Shown here: piece after piece, positions 49,225 to 58,647 of the stretch | Layout of the letters: each line of letters opens with the position of its first letter | Position numbering within the stretch: position 1 is the first letter of the stretch | Source of the DNA: Candidatus Binatia bacterium | Lineage (GTDB): Bacteria > Chloroflexota > Dormibacteria > Aeolococcales > Aeolococcaceae | Direction of reading: 5' to 3' | Assembly (NCBI GenBank): GCA_035624785.1 | Contig: DASPQV010000016.1 | Coordinates: 22,550 to 86,549 of the forward strand | DNA: 64,000 nt | Position numbers and translations under genes: made by a program | Notes under the pieces: model-generated | Seen by the model: the letters and a program-made list of their open reading frames with translations, nothing else | Told to the model about the DNA's origin: nothing | Databases searched by the model: none

Positions 49225-50145
49225 ATGGCAGCGATGAGGACGTTCACCCTCGAGCCGGACAGCGAGTTCTCGCTCGCCGCCGCGGCGAGCTTCGGCTTCG
49301 GCCCCAACACCGGCCGGCCCAAGCCTGACGGTGCGGAGATGCGGCTCGCCTTCGTGACCGACGACCTCGAGCGACACGCCGGGGTCCAGCTTCGCCAGCG
49401 CGACGGGGGCAGCATCTCCGGTTCCGTCGACAGCGCCGCGGATCTCGATGTGGTCGTGGAACAGGTGCGGCGGATCCTCTCCCTCGACCAGCCCGGCGAC
49501 CAATGGCTCGGTGTCGGCGAGCGAGACCTCGTGATAGGCCGCCTCCAGAGGGAGCTCCCCGGCCTGCGCCCGGTCCTCTTCCACTCTCCCTACGAGGCGG
49601 CCGCGTGGTCGATCCTCAGCGCGCGCCGCCACCGAACCCAGGCCGCGGCGCTGCGCACCCGCATCAGCGCGACCCTGGGCCGCAGCTTCCGGCTCGACGG
49701 CGAGGACGTCCACGCCTTTCCCACGCCGGCGCAGCTCCTGGGGGCGAGCTCCATCCCGGGAGTGGATCCAGCCCGGCTGGAGCGCCTGGATGGGGTCGCC
49801 CGAGCCGCCCTGGAGGGAAGGCTCGACGCTCGCACCCTCCGCGAGATGCCCCCGGAAGCCGCCCTCGGCGAGCTGCAGCGCCTGCCCGGCGTCGGACCAA
49901 CCTACGCAACCCTGATCCTGCTTCGTTCCACCGGGGCCGCGGATGCCATGACCTACGCGGAGCCGCGCCTCGGCAGCTACGTCGCCCACCTCTACTCGCT
50001 CGGCCACCCGGAGGCGTCCCGGGAGGAGCTGGCTCAGATCTCCGAGGGATGGAGGCCGTTCCGAACCTGGGCGGCGGTCCTCATCCGGGTCGCGGGGGAC
50101 CGGGCCGGCCTGCCCGGGTCAGCCTTCCGAAGCGGTCACCCATGA
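49225..50145 (+). CDS. DNA-3-methyladenine glycosylase II (AlkA-like HhH-GPD)
   Basis: AlkA N-terminal domain plus helix-hairpin-helix (LQRLPGVGPTYATLILLRS) and a conserved Asp. Confidence 0.7.
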   Translation: MAAMRTFTLEPDSEFSLAAAASFGFGPNTGRPKPDGAEMRLAFVTDDLERHAGVQLRQRDGGSISGSVDSAADLDVVVEQVRRILSLDQPGDQWLGVGERDLVIGRLQRELPGLRPVLFHSPYEAAAWSILSARRHRTQAAALRTRISATLGRSFRLDGEDVHAFPTPAQLLGASSIPGVDPARLERLDGVARAALEGRLDARTLREMPPEAALGELQRLPGVGPTYATLILLRSTGAADAMTYAEPRLGSYVAHLYSLGHPEASREELAQISEGWRPFRTWAAVLIRVAGDRAGLPGSAFRSGHP

Positions 50146-50176
50146 CAAGCAGAGCGGCAGGGCCCTGACCTGTCGC

Positions 50177-51715
50177 TCAGGCGGCAGCCTCGTCGGCACC
50201 CGCGGTTCGGCGCCGCTCCTCCACCGGCACCCGGGTCCGGATGCCGGGAACCACGAACCCGAAGAGCCCGGCCGCCACCGCGAGGGCCGCCCCGACAGCG
50301 AGGCCCAGCCCGAAGCCGCCAGTGAGTGCAGATGGCATGGGATGGTGCTGCGAAGCGAGCAGCGCCGCCCGGTCCGCAGCGAGGGTGGCCAAGGCAGCTA
50401 GTCCCAGCGAGCCCCCGACCTGGCGGCTGGTGTTGACCAGGCCGCTGGCCAGGCCCGCCTGCTGGCGGGGGACGCCGGCGGTGGCGGCGACCGTGATCGC
50501 CGGGAAGCTCAGGCCGGCGCCGAACGTCAGCAGGGTCCCGGGCAGGAGGACCGCCGCCCAGATCGCCGGCGAAACCGCGATCTGGGCCAGCCAGAGCAAT
50601 CCGGCGGCCATCACCAGTGGCCCCCCGATCAGGAAGGGTCTAGCCCCCAACCTCGGGATGAGGCGCGAGCTCAAGGTCGACCCCACCACGATGGCCAGGG
50701 TTTGCGGCAGGAAGCTCAGCCCGGCCTCGAGCGGTGTCATCCCCCGGACGCTCTGCAGGTACAGCGACTGGAAGTACCAGACCGCGAAGAGGGCGGCCCC
50801 CAAGCCGAACGCGACCAGGTTTGCTCCGGTGATCGACCGGGAGGCGAAGATCCTGAGCGGCACCAGGGGCGCGCGGGCCAGCCTGGCCTCGATGAGGACG
50901 AAGACCGCCAGCAGCACCACGGCAAGGGTGAAGGCGGCCACGACCTCCGGCGATCCCCAGCCCACCGCCTGGGTGCGGGCGATGCCCCAGGCGACGGCCA
51001 CCAATCCCCCGGTCACGGCGATGGCCCCGGCGACGTCGAGGTGGCGCCGAGCCTGCCTATCCCCGAAGGACTCGCCCACGGCCAGGGCGGCGGCGGTCAG
51101 CACCAGCAGGCCGACCGGAAGGTTGACGAAGAACACCCAGCGCCAGCTCAGAAACTGGGTGATGATCCCGCCAAGCAGAGCACCCGATGAGGCCCCGGCC
51201 GCGGCGACGGCGCTCCAGATCCCCAGGGCCCTGGCTCGGGAGCGCCCCTCGGGGTAGGTGGCGATGAGGATGGTCAGGGTCGCCGGCGTCAGCACCGCCC
51301 CACCGAACCCCTGGAGCGCCCGGGCCGCGACCAGCTCCCACTGGTTGGCCGCCAGGCCGTCGGCCAGGCTGGCCAGGCAGAAGAGGGCGAGGCCGGCCAG
51401 CAGGATGCGACGCCGTCCGAAGAGGTCGGCGGCCCGGCCGGCGAGCAGGAGGAAGCCGGCGAAGGTCAGCGCATAGGCGTTGACAACCCACTGGAGCCCG
51501 CTGGTCGAGAAGCCCAGGTCGGAACGGATCGATGGAAGTGCGACGTTCACCACCGAGACGTCGAGCAGGACCATGAACTGACCCAGGCAGACCAGAAGCA
51601 GGACCAAGCCCGACGTGGCGCGCAGGCGGGGAGCCCCCGCCGGCCTGTCGAAGCGCTGGGGCGCTGGCTTCCGGCCGTTGCTCGCGTGCCCTCTCCCGAT
51701 CTTCCGTCCCACCAT
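50177..51715 (-). CDS. MFS drug:H+ antiporter (DHA2, 14 TM) family transporter
   Basis: Motif LGQFMVLLDVSVVNVALP and repeated TM pairs. ATG 51715. The upstream extension is discarded. Confidence 0.8.
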   Translation of the reverse strand: MVGRKIGRGHASNGRKPAPQRFDRPAGAPRLRATSGLVLLLVCLGQFMVLLDVSVVNVALPSIRSDLGFSTSGLQWVVNAYALTFAGFLLLAGRAADLFGRRRILLAGLALFCLASLADGLAANQWELVAARALQGFGGAVLTPATLTILIATYPEGRSRARALGIWSAVAAAGASSGALLGGIITQFLSWRWVFFVNLPVGLLVLTAAALAVGESFGDRQARRHLDVAGAIAVTGGLVAVAWGIARTQAVGWGSPEVVAAFTLAVVLLAVFVLIEARLARAPLVPLRIFASRSITGANLVAFGLGAALFAVWYFQSLYLQSVRGMTPLEAGLSFLPQTLAIVVGSTLSSRLIPRLGARPFLIGGPLVMAAGLLWLAQIAVSPAIWAAVLLPGTLLTFGAGLSFPAITVAATAGVPRQQAGLASGLVNTSRQVGGSLGLAALATLAADRAALLASQHHPMPSALTGGFGLGLAVGAALAVAAGLFGFVVPGIRTRVPVEERRRTAGADEAAA

Positions 51716-51773
51716 CTCGCGCCGCCTCCTGCGCTCTGCTATAGTTCGATGCAGATCGTACCACAATAATTCG
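51716..51773. promoter_or_regulatory. Divergent MFS/ArsR intergenic region with AT-rich palindrome; candidate ArsR operator
   Basis: ctgctatagTTCGATGCAGATCGtaccacaataaTTCGATG contains the palindrome CGATgcagATCG and repeated TTCGAT half-sites. Confidence 0.3.
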
Positions 51774-52163
51774 ATGATCGTCAAACAATCGGGTGAGCTG
51801 GACACCGCGGATCCGGGGGCGATCACCGCCCTCTGCGGCCCGGCCCAGCTACCCGCTCCCCCCCAGCTCCACCCAGGCGTGGCCGGCGTCCTCCAGGCGC
51901 TTGCCGACCCGATGCGGCTTGCCATCGTGCGGCGCCTGGCGGCGGGTACGGAATGCCCCTGCGGGGCTCTGGGGCTGCCGATCAGCAAGTCGACGCTGAG
52001 CCATCACCTCCATGTCCTCCGTGCCGCCGGGATCGTGGTGCAGCGTGAGGAGGGCACCCGCCGGATGACCAAGCTGGATCGGGCAGGCCTGGATCGCCGC
52101 TTCCCCGGACTGCTCGAGGCGGTGCTGGCCGCCCGCGATCCGGAGCTGCCGCCCACCGCCTGA
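51774..52163 (+). CDS. ArsR/SmtB-family transcriptional regulator
   Basis: Helix-turn-helix region LADPMRLAIVRRLAAGTECPCGALGLPISKSTLSHHLHVLRAAGIV. Confidence 0.75.
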   Translation: MIVKQSGELDTADPGAITALCGPAQLPAPPQLHPGVAGVLQALADPMRLAIVRRLAAGTECPCGALGLPISKSTLSHHLHVLRAAGIVVQREEGTRRMTKLDRAGLDRRFPGLLEAVLAARDPELPPTA

Positions 52164-52219
52164 GGTCCCCGGCCTCGGGCCGCGGCCGGCACCGGGGCTC
52201 TCGCCGGCGGCGCGACCGA

Positions 52220-52696
52220 TCAGCCCAGGGTGGCCCCGACCCCCGGGGCCGGCTCAGCACCCGCCCAGAGCAGCGGCGAGCTGATCACCATGTCGGCGGT
52301 GGTGATGTTGGTGGCGAGGGCCACGTCGTGGACGTTGCAGATCCGGAGCAGGGTCTGGATGTCGGGGTCGTGGGGGTGCTTGTCGAGAGGGTCGACGATG
52401 AAGAGCACGGCGTCGATCTCTCCGGCGACCACCCGGCTGGCGATCTGCACATCACCGCCGACCGGGCCCGATTCGAGGACCTCGACCTGGAGACCCACCT
52501 TCTCACGCAGGAGACGCCCGGTGGTGGCGGTCGCCACCAGCGAGCAGCGCTGGAGAGTCCCTCGGTTGAAGGTGGCGAACGCGATCATGTCGGCCTTCTT
52601 GCCATCGTGGGCGATCAGCGCGAGACGCGGACGCCGGCCGGGATCCCGATCCGCTGGCCTGGGGTCCGCGGCTGCCGGCACGCGATCCTGGGTCAT
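52220..52696 (-). CDS. mgsA: Methylglyoxal synthase
   Basis: LALIAHDGKKADM..ATTGRLL..DPLDKHPHDPDIQTLLRICNVHDVALATN. ATG 52696 follows GGGAGGG. Confidence 0.8.
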   Translation of the reverse strand: MTQDRVPAAADPRPADRDPGRRPRLALIAHDGKKADMIAFATFNRGTLQRCSLVATATTGRLLREKVGLQVEVLESGPVGGDVQIASRVVAGEIDAVLFIVDPLDKHPHDPDIQTLLRICNVHDVALATNITTADMVISSPLLWAGAEPAPGVGATLG

Positions 52697-52830
52697 CGTT
52701 GCCCTCCCTGTCGCGGGGCGGCATGAGACCAGCCGAGCTGGTGACCGCACCGCCGGCTCATCATGCCCGATGCCATCGCTGCGGCGCCTCGCCGCGGCCA
52801 CCCGTGTCCCGCCCCGGGTGGCGCCGCGGC

Positions 52831-53673
52831 TCACGAGGGTGCCGGCGAGGCCTCGTGCACCGGGGGTCCGGAGAGCAGCCTCGGCGTCCTCTCCACCAGC
52901 GCGAGCAGCTCCCCGTCCGTGTAACGCGGCCGGGTCACCGGCACCCAGGCGTTGCGGGAGAGGCTCGGATCCCAGGGGCAGACCGAGCGCATCCAGGCGA
53001 GGTAGTCCTGGATCCGGTCCGGATCGCTGGGATCCCGGCGCGTGTAATGGAAGACCTGGCAGTTGTGGATCTGGTCGCGGATGTCGGCCGGTGAGTGCAG
53101 CTCCACGTAGCGGTGCTGCGGGATGCGCTCGATCCTGACCCGGAATGCCCGCATCACCTCGCCGTGGCAGACGATGATCACCCGTTCCGCGGTGTGAGCC
53201 CGGCGCAGCGTGTCGAGGACGCGGTCGATGCGCAGAGACACCTCGGCGAGGGATTCCCCGCCCGGGGGTCGCCAGTAGAAGGCGTCGCGATCGCGCTCCT
53301 GCATCGCCTCCGGGAAGCGCCGGAACTGCTCATCTGTGGCGAGCGCGTCGAGCAGGCCGGCATCACGCTCCCGCAGGTAGAACTCGGTCTGCCAGAGCGC
53401 TCCGGGCAGCCCGAGCAGGGCAGCGGTCTCCATCGCTCTCACGTATTCGGAGGTCAGGTAGCGGTCGAAGCGCTCGCCGAGGTCACGCTGGATCCATGCC
53501 CCGGCGATCCGCGCCTGCTCCCGGCCCAGGTCGGTGAGCCGGTACAGCGACGAGTGGCGTTCGCGGAAGGCGGGGGTGTAGGCGCTCTGGTCGCCGCGCT
53601 GATCCATCTGGTCGGCCAGGTTGCCCTCGGATTCACCGTGGCGAACGAGGAGCAGGTCCAGCGGCATCGCCAT
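52831..53673 (-). CDS. Histidine phosphatase (phosphoglycerate mutase-like) family protein
   Basis: RHG motif LLLVRHGESEGN and the C-terminal His (IVCHGEVMRA). Confidence 0.7.
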   Translation of the reverse strand: MAMPLDLLLVRHGESEGNLADQMDQRGDQSAYTPAFRERHSSLYRLTDLGREQARIAGAWIQRDLGERFDRYLTSEYVRAMETAALLGLPGALWQTEFYLRERDAGLLDALATDEQFRRFPEAMQERDRDAFYWRPPGGESLAEVSLRIDRVLDTLRRAHTAERVIIVCHGEVMRAFRVRIERIPQHRYVELHSPADIRDQIHNCQVFHYTRRDPSDPDRIQDYLAWMRSVCPWDPSLSRNAWVPVTRPRYTDGELLALVERTPRLLSGPPVHEASPAPS

Positions 53674-53754
53674 GCCGCCAACGTACCCCACGCGGCATGC
53701 CGCACGGGTCCGGCTGGGTTGCCCTGCCCCGGGACTCGGGTACCCTTGCCCCGG

Positions 53755-55011
53755 ATGCCCAGTGTCCTGACCCGCTCCGGCGCCGACCCAGGGATCGGCC
53801 AGACCCTTCACGAGGTCGCGGTCGTGGGCTCCTTCAGCGGCCGGGACGGCCGGGAACGCGCCGAGGTCCAGCTCGACGAGCTGGAGGAGCTGGCCCGGAC
53901 CCTGACGACCAGGGTGGTGGAGAGGAGCTCGATCCCAGTTCGGGAGCCGCACCCGGCCACCTTCTTCCGGGCAGGGGCGGTGGAGGCGCTGGGCGCGCGC
54001 CTGGTCGAGCTCGGTGGCCCCGCGGTGCTGGTCAACGATCAGCTGAGCCCGCGGCAGCAGCGCAACCTGGAGGAGGCCTGGGGCGTTCCGGTGCTCGACC
54101 GCACCGAGGTCATCCTGGCCATCTTTGCCCGGAGAGCCGTCACCGCCGAGGGGAAGATCCAGGTGGAGATGGCGCAGCTGGAGCACCTGCTGCCCCGCCT
54201 CGCGGGCGGCTGGACCCACCTCGAGCGGCAGCGAGGCGGCGTCGGGCTTCGAGGCGGCCCCGGCGAGACCCAGATCGAGGTCGACCGCCGGCTGATCCGC
54301 AACCGGATCGCCCGGCTTCGGCAGCGGCTGCAGGTGCTGGAACGGCAGCGCCGAACCCGTCGCCAGGCCCGAAGCGACGTCCCCCTGGCCGCCTGTGCCC
54401 TAGTCGGTTACACCAACGCGGGAAAGTCCACCCTCCTCAACCGTCTCACCAACTCCGAGGTGCTGGCAGACGACCTGCTCTTTGCCACCCTCGACCCGAC
54501 CTCGCGGCTGCTCGGGCTGGCCTCGGGGCGGAGGGTCATCCTCACCGACACCGTCGGCTTCATCCAGGCTCTGCCCACCGAGCTGGTCTCTGCGTTCAAC
54601 GCGACCCTCGAGGAGGTCCGCAGCGCCCACCTGCTGGCCCTGGTCGTCGACGTCTCCCACCCCGACTGCCAGGCTCAGCTCAGCACCGTCCTGGCGACGC
54701 TGGCCGAGATGGGCTGTGACCAACCGGCCCTCCTGGTGGTCAACAAGATCGATCGCCTCCAGAGGGATCGGCTCGAGGAGCTGACGGCCCGCCTCGAGGC
54801 GATCGCGGGGTGCCGTGGGCTTCAGATCTCGGCGACCCAGGGCACCGGGCTCAAGGAGCTGCGCGGGGCCGTCGACGCCCTGGCCGCGCGGGTCGTTCCC
54901 GAGACCCCGGCCAACCGCCTGGCCGGCCATGCCGCCGACAGCGGCTCCGACGAGACGGGGGGTGAGCGCGTCCCCGGCTACGCCACCGATCGGGATCGGG
55001 CCGCCAGCTAG
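53755..55011 (+). CDS. hflX: GTPase HflX
   Basis: HflX N-domain plus G-domain (GYTNAGKSTLLNRLT, DTVGF, NKID). ATG 53755 is in frame. Confidence 0.85.
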   Translation: MPSVLTRSGADPGIGQTLHEVAVVGSFSGRDGRERAEVQLDELEELARTLTTRVVERSSIPVREPHPATFFRAGAVEALGARLVELGGPAVLVNDQLSPRQQRNLEEAWGVPVLDRTEVILAIFARRAVTAEGKIQVEMAQLEHLLPRLAGGWTHLERQRGGVGLRGGPGETQIEVDRRLIRNRIARLRQRLQVLERQRRTRRQARSDVPLAACALVGYTNAGKSTLLNRLTNSEVLADDLLFATLDPTSRLLGLASGRRVILTDTVGFIQALPTELVSAFNATLEEVRSAHLLALVVDVSHPDCQAQLSTVLATLAEMGCDQPALLVVNKIDRLQRDRLEELTARLEAIAGCRGLQISATQGTGLKELRGAVDALAARVVPETPANRLAGHAADSGSDETGGERVPGYATDRDRAAS

Positions 55012-55484
55012 GAAGACAGCGCTCGGGCCGTAGCGCGCTCCACCTCTCGCCTCGCGTCCCTCTCCGCCAGGGCCTGGCGCTTGTCCCAGAGCTTCTTGCC
55101 CCGGGCCACCGCCACCTCGCACTTGACCAGGTTTCCCTTCAGGTAGAGGCGGAGGGGCACCAGGGTGAAGCCGCCGAGGCGTGCCTTGGCGTCCAGGTAG
55201 TGGATCTCACGACGGTGGAGCAGGAGGCGGCGACGGCGCTCCGGCTCGTGGTTCTGGCGGTTGCCGCCCTCGTACTGGCCGATGTGGACCTGGAGCAGCC
55301 AGGCCTCGCCGTTCTCGATCCGCACGTAGCCCTCGCGGAGCTGGGCGCGACCGGCGCGGAGCGCCTTGACCTCGGTCCCAGTCAGCTCTATGCCGGCTTC
55401 GATGGTCTCCATGAGCTGGTACTCGTGACTGGCCTGCCGGTGACGGGCCAGCACCGGGTCGCGGGAACCTGCTTTCACGGGCAT
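55008..55484 (-). CDS. smpB: SsrA-binding protein SmpB
   Basis: 158 aa from ATG 55484 (..NRQASHEYQLMETIEAGIELTGTEVKAL..GFTLVPLRLYLKG..). Confidence 0.85.
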   Translation of the reverse strand: MPVKAGSRDPVLARHRQASHEYQLMETIEAGIELTGTEVKALRAGRAQLREGYVRIENGEAWLLQVHIGQYEGGNRQNHEPERRRRLLLHRREIHYLDAKARLGGFTLVPLRLYLKGNLVKCEVAVARGKKLWDKRQALAERDARREVERATARALSS

Positions 55485-55535
55485 CTGCTTCGAATATCCT
55501 GACGCCCGAAAGCCAGGGATTGATTGGAGACCCGA

Positions 55536-55925
55536 ATGGAGCCACTGGAAGTCGCGATCGCGCTGAGGGGCGACCGGCCCGAGGCCGCGGGCGCGATCCG
55601 GGAGGCGCTGGAGAGCTCCGACGTGTACTGCCTCGGCCAGCCGGCCGGCCACCTCGCCACATCCCAGCAGGGCAGCGAATCGGACCTCCTCCACTTCACC
55701 GTCGACGATGCGGCAGGGGTGGAGCGGGTGATGCTCCCCGTCTTCACCAGCACCGAGATCATGCGCGAGGCGCTGGCGCGCAACCCCGACTGGCAGTCGC
55801 TCTCGGTCCTGGTGGTCAAGGGAGGAGCACTCCTCGACCACGTCGACGAGGACGTCATCATCGTCATCAACCCCTGGTCCCGCCTCGAGTACCAGCTCCC
55901 ACCGGCAACCCGCCAGCCCCGCTGA
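55536..55925 (+). CDS. SseB-family protein
   Basis: Contains ..DVYCLGQPAGH..LLHFTVDDAAGVERVMLPVFTSTEIMREAL.. ATG 55536 follows GGAGAC. Confidence 0.45.
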   Translation: MEPLEVAIALRGDRPEAAGAIREALESSDVYCLGQPAGHLATSQQGSESDLLHFTVDDAAGVERVMLPVFTSTEIMREALARNPDWQSLSVLVVKGGALLDHVDEDVIIVINPWSRLEYQLPPATRQPR

Positions 55926-56002
55926 CCGCCCGCCGGCAACCCGCCAGCCACGCTGACCGCAGGGCGGGGCGCTGCTGCATCACGGGCAACCGCCCTGCTG
56001 GG

Positions 56003-56905
56003 TTACCGTCGGCCGCGCAGGAAGGCGGCCGCGGTCATCGGCCGGCGGCCCGGCGGCTGGACCTGGTCCACCCGGTACAGGCCGACGGCGGCCCGCACCA
56101 CCGCCGACTCACCCTCGATGGTGCAGACGGTGCCCGGCGGGGCTTCCACCGCTCCCGCGATCGCGCAGCCACGAAGCAAGCGCAGCCGGACGCCGGCCAG
56201 CTCCGCGCTGACCCCCGGCCAGGGGTCGAGGGCCCGCACCATGCGGTCCACCTCCTCGGACGAGCGCTCGGACCATTCGAGCAGCCCGTCCTCGCGGCTG
56301 AGCCGGGGAGCCAGGGTCACTCCCTCGGACGCCTGGGGAGTGGCCCGAGCGGTGCCGCGCTCAAGCGCGGCGAGGACCGAGACCAGCTCCTCGGCGCCGG
56401 CCACCGCCAGCTCCTCGGTGAGGGCCGGCGCCGTCGTCCGCTCGGCGATCGCGACCTGGCGGCAGGCGTAGAGCGGTCCGGTGTCGAGCCCGGCCTCCAT
56501 CCGCATGATGCAGACGCCGGTCACCCGGTCACCGGCGAGGATCGCCCTGGCCACCGGTGCGGCTCCGCGCCAGCGGGGCAGCAGGGAGGCGTGGACATTG
56601 ACTCCTCCGTGAGGGTGGGCCTCGAGGAGGGTCCGGGGAAGGATCTGACCGTAGGCCGCCACCACGAGAGCCTCGGCGTCAAAGCGGATGACCTCGGCGA
56701 TCGCCTCGGCGGCCCGGATGCGGTCCGGCTGGAGCACGGGAATGCCGAGGCGCCGGGCGGTGTCCGCGACCGGCCGCGACGCGGGGCGCCCCCGGCTCCC
56801 CGGGCGGTCGGGCTGGGTGACCGCGGCAACCACCCGGTGGCGGGCGGCGCAGGCACGAAGGCTGGGCGCCGCGAAGCCGGCGGTCCCGCAGAAGACGATG
56901 CGCAC
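56003..56905 (-). CDS. fmt: Methionyl-tRNA formyltransferase
   Basis: MRIVFCGTAGFAAPSL..GVNVHASLLPRWRGAAPV. Confidence 0.9.
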   Translation of the reverse strand: MRIVFCGTAGFAAPSLRACAARHRVVAAVTQPDRPGSRGRPASRPVADTARRLGIPVLQPDRIRAAEAIAEVIRFDAEALVVAAYGQILPRTLLEAHPHGGVNVHASLLPRWRGAAPVARAILAGDRVTGVCIMRMEAGLDTGPLYACRQVAIAERTTAPALTEELAVAGAEELVSVLAALERGTARATPQASEGVTLAPRLSREDGLLEWSERSSEEVDRMVRALDPWPGVSAELAGVRLRLLRGCAIAGAVEAPPGTVCTIEGESAVVRAAVGLYRVDQVQPPGRRPMTAAAFLRGRR

Positions 56906-56997
56906 GGGTTGCCCAGGGTAGCGGTTTCACCGGAGGGAACCCGCTCCGCGTCATCATCCCCGGCAATGCTCTCCACCATCGCGAGGAGGACGGGAGG

Positions 56998-57798
56998 ATG
57001 ACCGGACCGCTGACGTCACCAGCCGCCGAGCCCGCGGTGCGCCGGATCTCAGTGGTCAAGGCGGGCGAGCAGGCGCGATACATCACACTCGAGACGATCT
57101 CAGCGCAGCGGGGCGCGCGCATCGAGCTGGCCTCCGGGCAGGAGCGGCTCGCGGTGGTCATGACCGGCCGGGTCAGGGTCAGCACCGACGGCCATCGCGA
57201 GCTGGGGACCGCGGGATGCCGGGACAGCGTCTTCGACGGTCCTGGCGACGCGGTCTACCTGCCACCCGGGGTCGGGGCCGGCCTGGTCGTCGAGGACGAA
57301 GCCGGCGTCGCCGTCGCCTCGGCGGCTGCCGGCCCCCTGGAGCCAGGCCCGCCGCGGATCATCCGCGCTGCTGAGCAGAGGGTCGCCACCGTCGGCAGGA
57401 CCAGCTGGCAGCGCTCGGTGCGGACCATCCTCGGTCCCGACGACGCGGCCTCCCGCCTGCTGGTCGGAGAGACCATCAACGAGCCGGGCCGGTGGTCGTC
57501 GTACCCGCCCCACCGTCACGACCGGGAGAGCGCGGACGAGGTGGCCCTGGAGGAGGTGTACCTGTACCGGGTGTCGCCGAGCGACGGCTTCGGCGTCCAA
57601 GTGCGCTACGACAGCGACGAGAACCGAGAGGCGCGCGTGGTTCGCGACGGCGACGTCTCGGTGATCCGATCCGGTTTCCATCCCGTGGTGGCGGCGCCCG
57701 GCTACCGTCTCTACTACCTCTGGATCATGGCCGGGGAGGGACGGGTGACGCGCGGCTACATCGATCCCCGCTACCGCTGGATCGAGGCCGCCCCATGA
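56998..57798 (+). CDS. KduI/IolB-family cupin sugar isomerase (5-deoxy-glucuronate / 4-deoxy-L-threo-5-hexosulose-uronate isomerase-like)
   Basis: GRWSSYPPHRHD motif and a bicupin layout. Confidence 0.6.
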   Translation: MTGPLTSPAAEPAVRRISVVKAGEQARYITLETISAQRGARIELASGQERLAVVMTGRVRVSTDGHRELGTAGCRDSVFDGPGDAVYLPPGVGAGLVVEDEAGVAVASAAAGPLEPGPPRIIRAAEQRVATVGRTSWQRSVRTILGPDDAASRLLVGETINEPGRWSSYPPHRHDRESADEVALEEVYLYRVSPSDGFGVQVRYDSDENREARVVRDGDVSVIRSGFHPVVAAPGYRLYYLWIMAGEGRVTRGYIDPRYRWIEAAP

Positions 57799-58589
57799 TC
57801 GATCTGGCCGGGCGCCGAATCCTGGTCACCGGCGGCGGGAGCGGGATCGGCCGGGCCATCGCGCTCGGGGCCTGTTCCGCGGGTGCCGATGTGGTGATCG
57901 CGGGGCGCCGAACCGGCGTCCTCGACGAGGTGGCCGCCGCGGCCTCGGGGAGCGGCCGCATCTCCGCGGTGCCCGCCGACATCGGAGATGCAGCCTCGGT
58001 GACCGCGCTGGTGGCCGCGTGCCGGAAGCGGCTGGACGGTATCGACGGTCTGGTCCATGCCGCAGGCGTGCACTCGATCGGTGAGAGCCTCGCGCTCGAC
58101 GACGAAGAGCTGGAACGAGTCCTGCAAACCAATCTGGTGGGCGCCTTCCGGGTGACCCGGGAGGTGGGCCGGGTGATGCTCGAGGCGGGTGCCGGTTCGA
58201 TCGTGGAGATCGCCTCGCTGAGCAGCTACGGCGGTTTCCCCGGCCGGCTGGCTTACGCGGTCTCCAAGGCGGGTCTGCTGGAGATGACCCGGACCCTCGC
58301 CGCGGAATGGGGCCGCCGGGGGGTGCGCATCAATGCCCTGGTCCCCGGCTTTGTCCGCACCGCGATCCAGGACTCGCTGATCGAGCGCGGGCTCCTCGAC
58401 GTCGAGGCGCTGGAGGCTCGGACCCCCCTCGGCCGCAGGGCCGAGGCCGATGACATGGTGCAGCCCGCCCTCTTCCTGCTCTCCGACGCGGCCCGGTTCG
58501 TGACCGGGCACGGCCTGCTGGTCGATGGCGGCTGGCTGAGCTTCGTCGGACCGGTGGATCGCTACTCGGGCACCGTCAGCCGACCCTGA
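57795..58589 (+). CDS. SDR-family oxidoreductase (KduD/gluconate dehydrogenase-like)
   Basis: TGGGSGIGRAIA..YAVSKAG. ATGA overlap with the upstream isomerase stop. Confidence 0.8.
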   Translation: MIDLAGRRILVTGGGSGIGRAIALGACSAGADVVIAGRRTGVLDEVAAAASGSGRISAVPADIGDAASVTALVAACRKRLDGIDGLVHAAGVHSIGESLALDDEELERVLQTNLVGAFRVTREVGRVMLEAGAGSIVEIASLSSYGGFPGRLAYAVSKAGLLEMTRTLAAEWGRRGVRINALVPGFVRTAIQDSLIERGLLDVEALEARTPLGRRAEADDMVQPALFLLSDAARFVTGHGLLVDGGWLSFVGPVDRYSGTVSRP

Positions 58590-58647
58590 TCTGCCGGACA
58601 CCCGGCCGCGCGACCTGCGGGGCCGGCACGACGGAGCGGCCGCCGGG

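Noticed and set aside
48798-52200. Genomic island integrated at the tmRNA 3' end
   Set aside because: No integrase, recombinase or att-like duplication of the ssrA 3' end was seen. The genes have the same GC and codon character as the surroundings.
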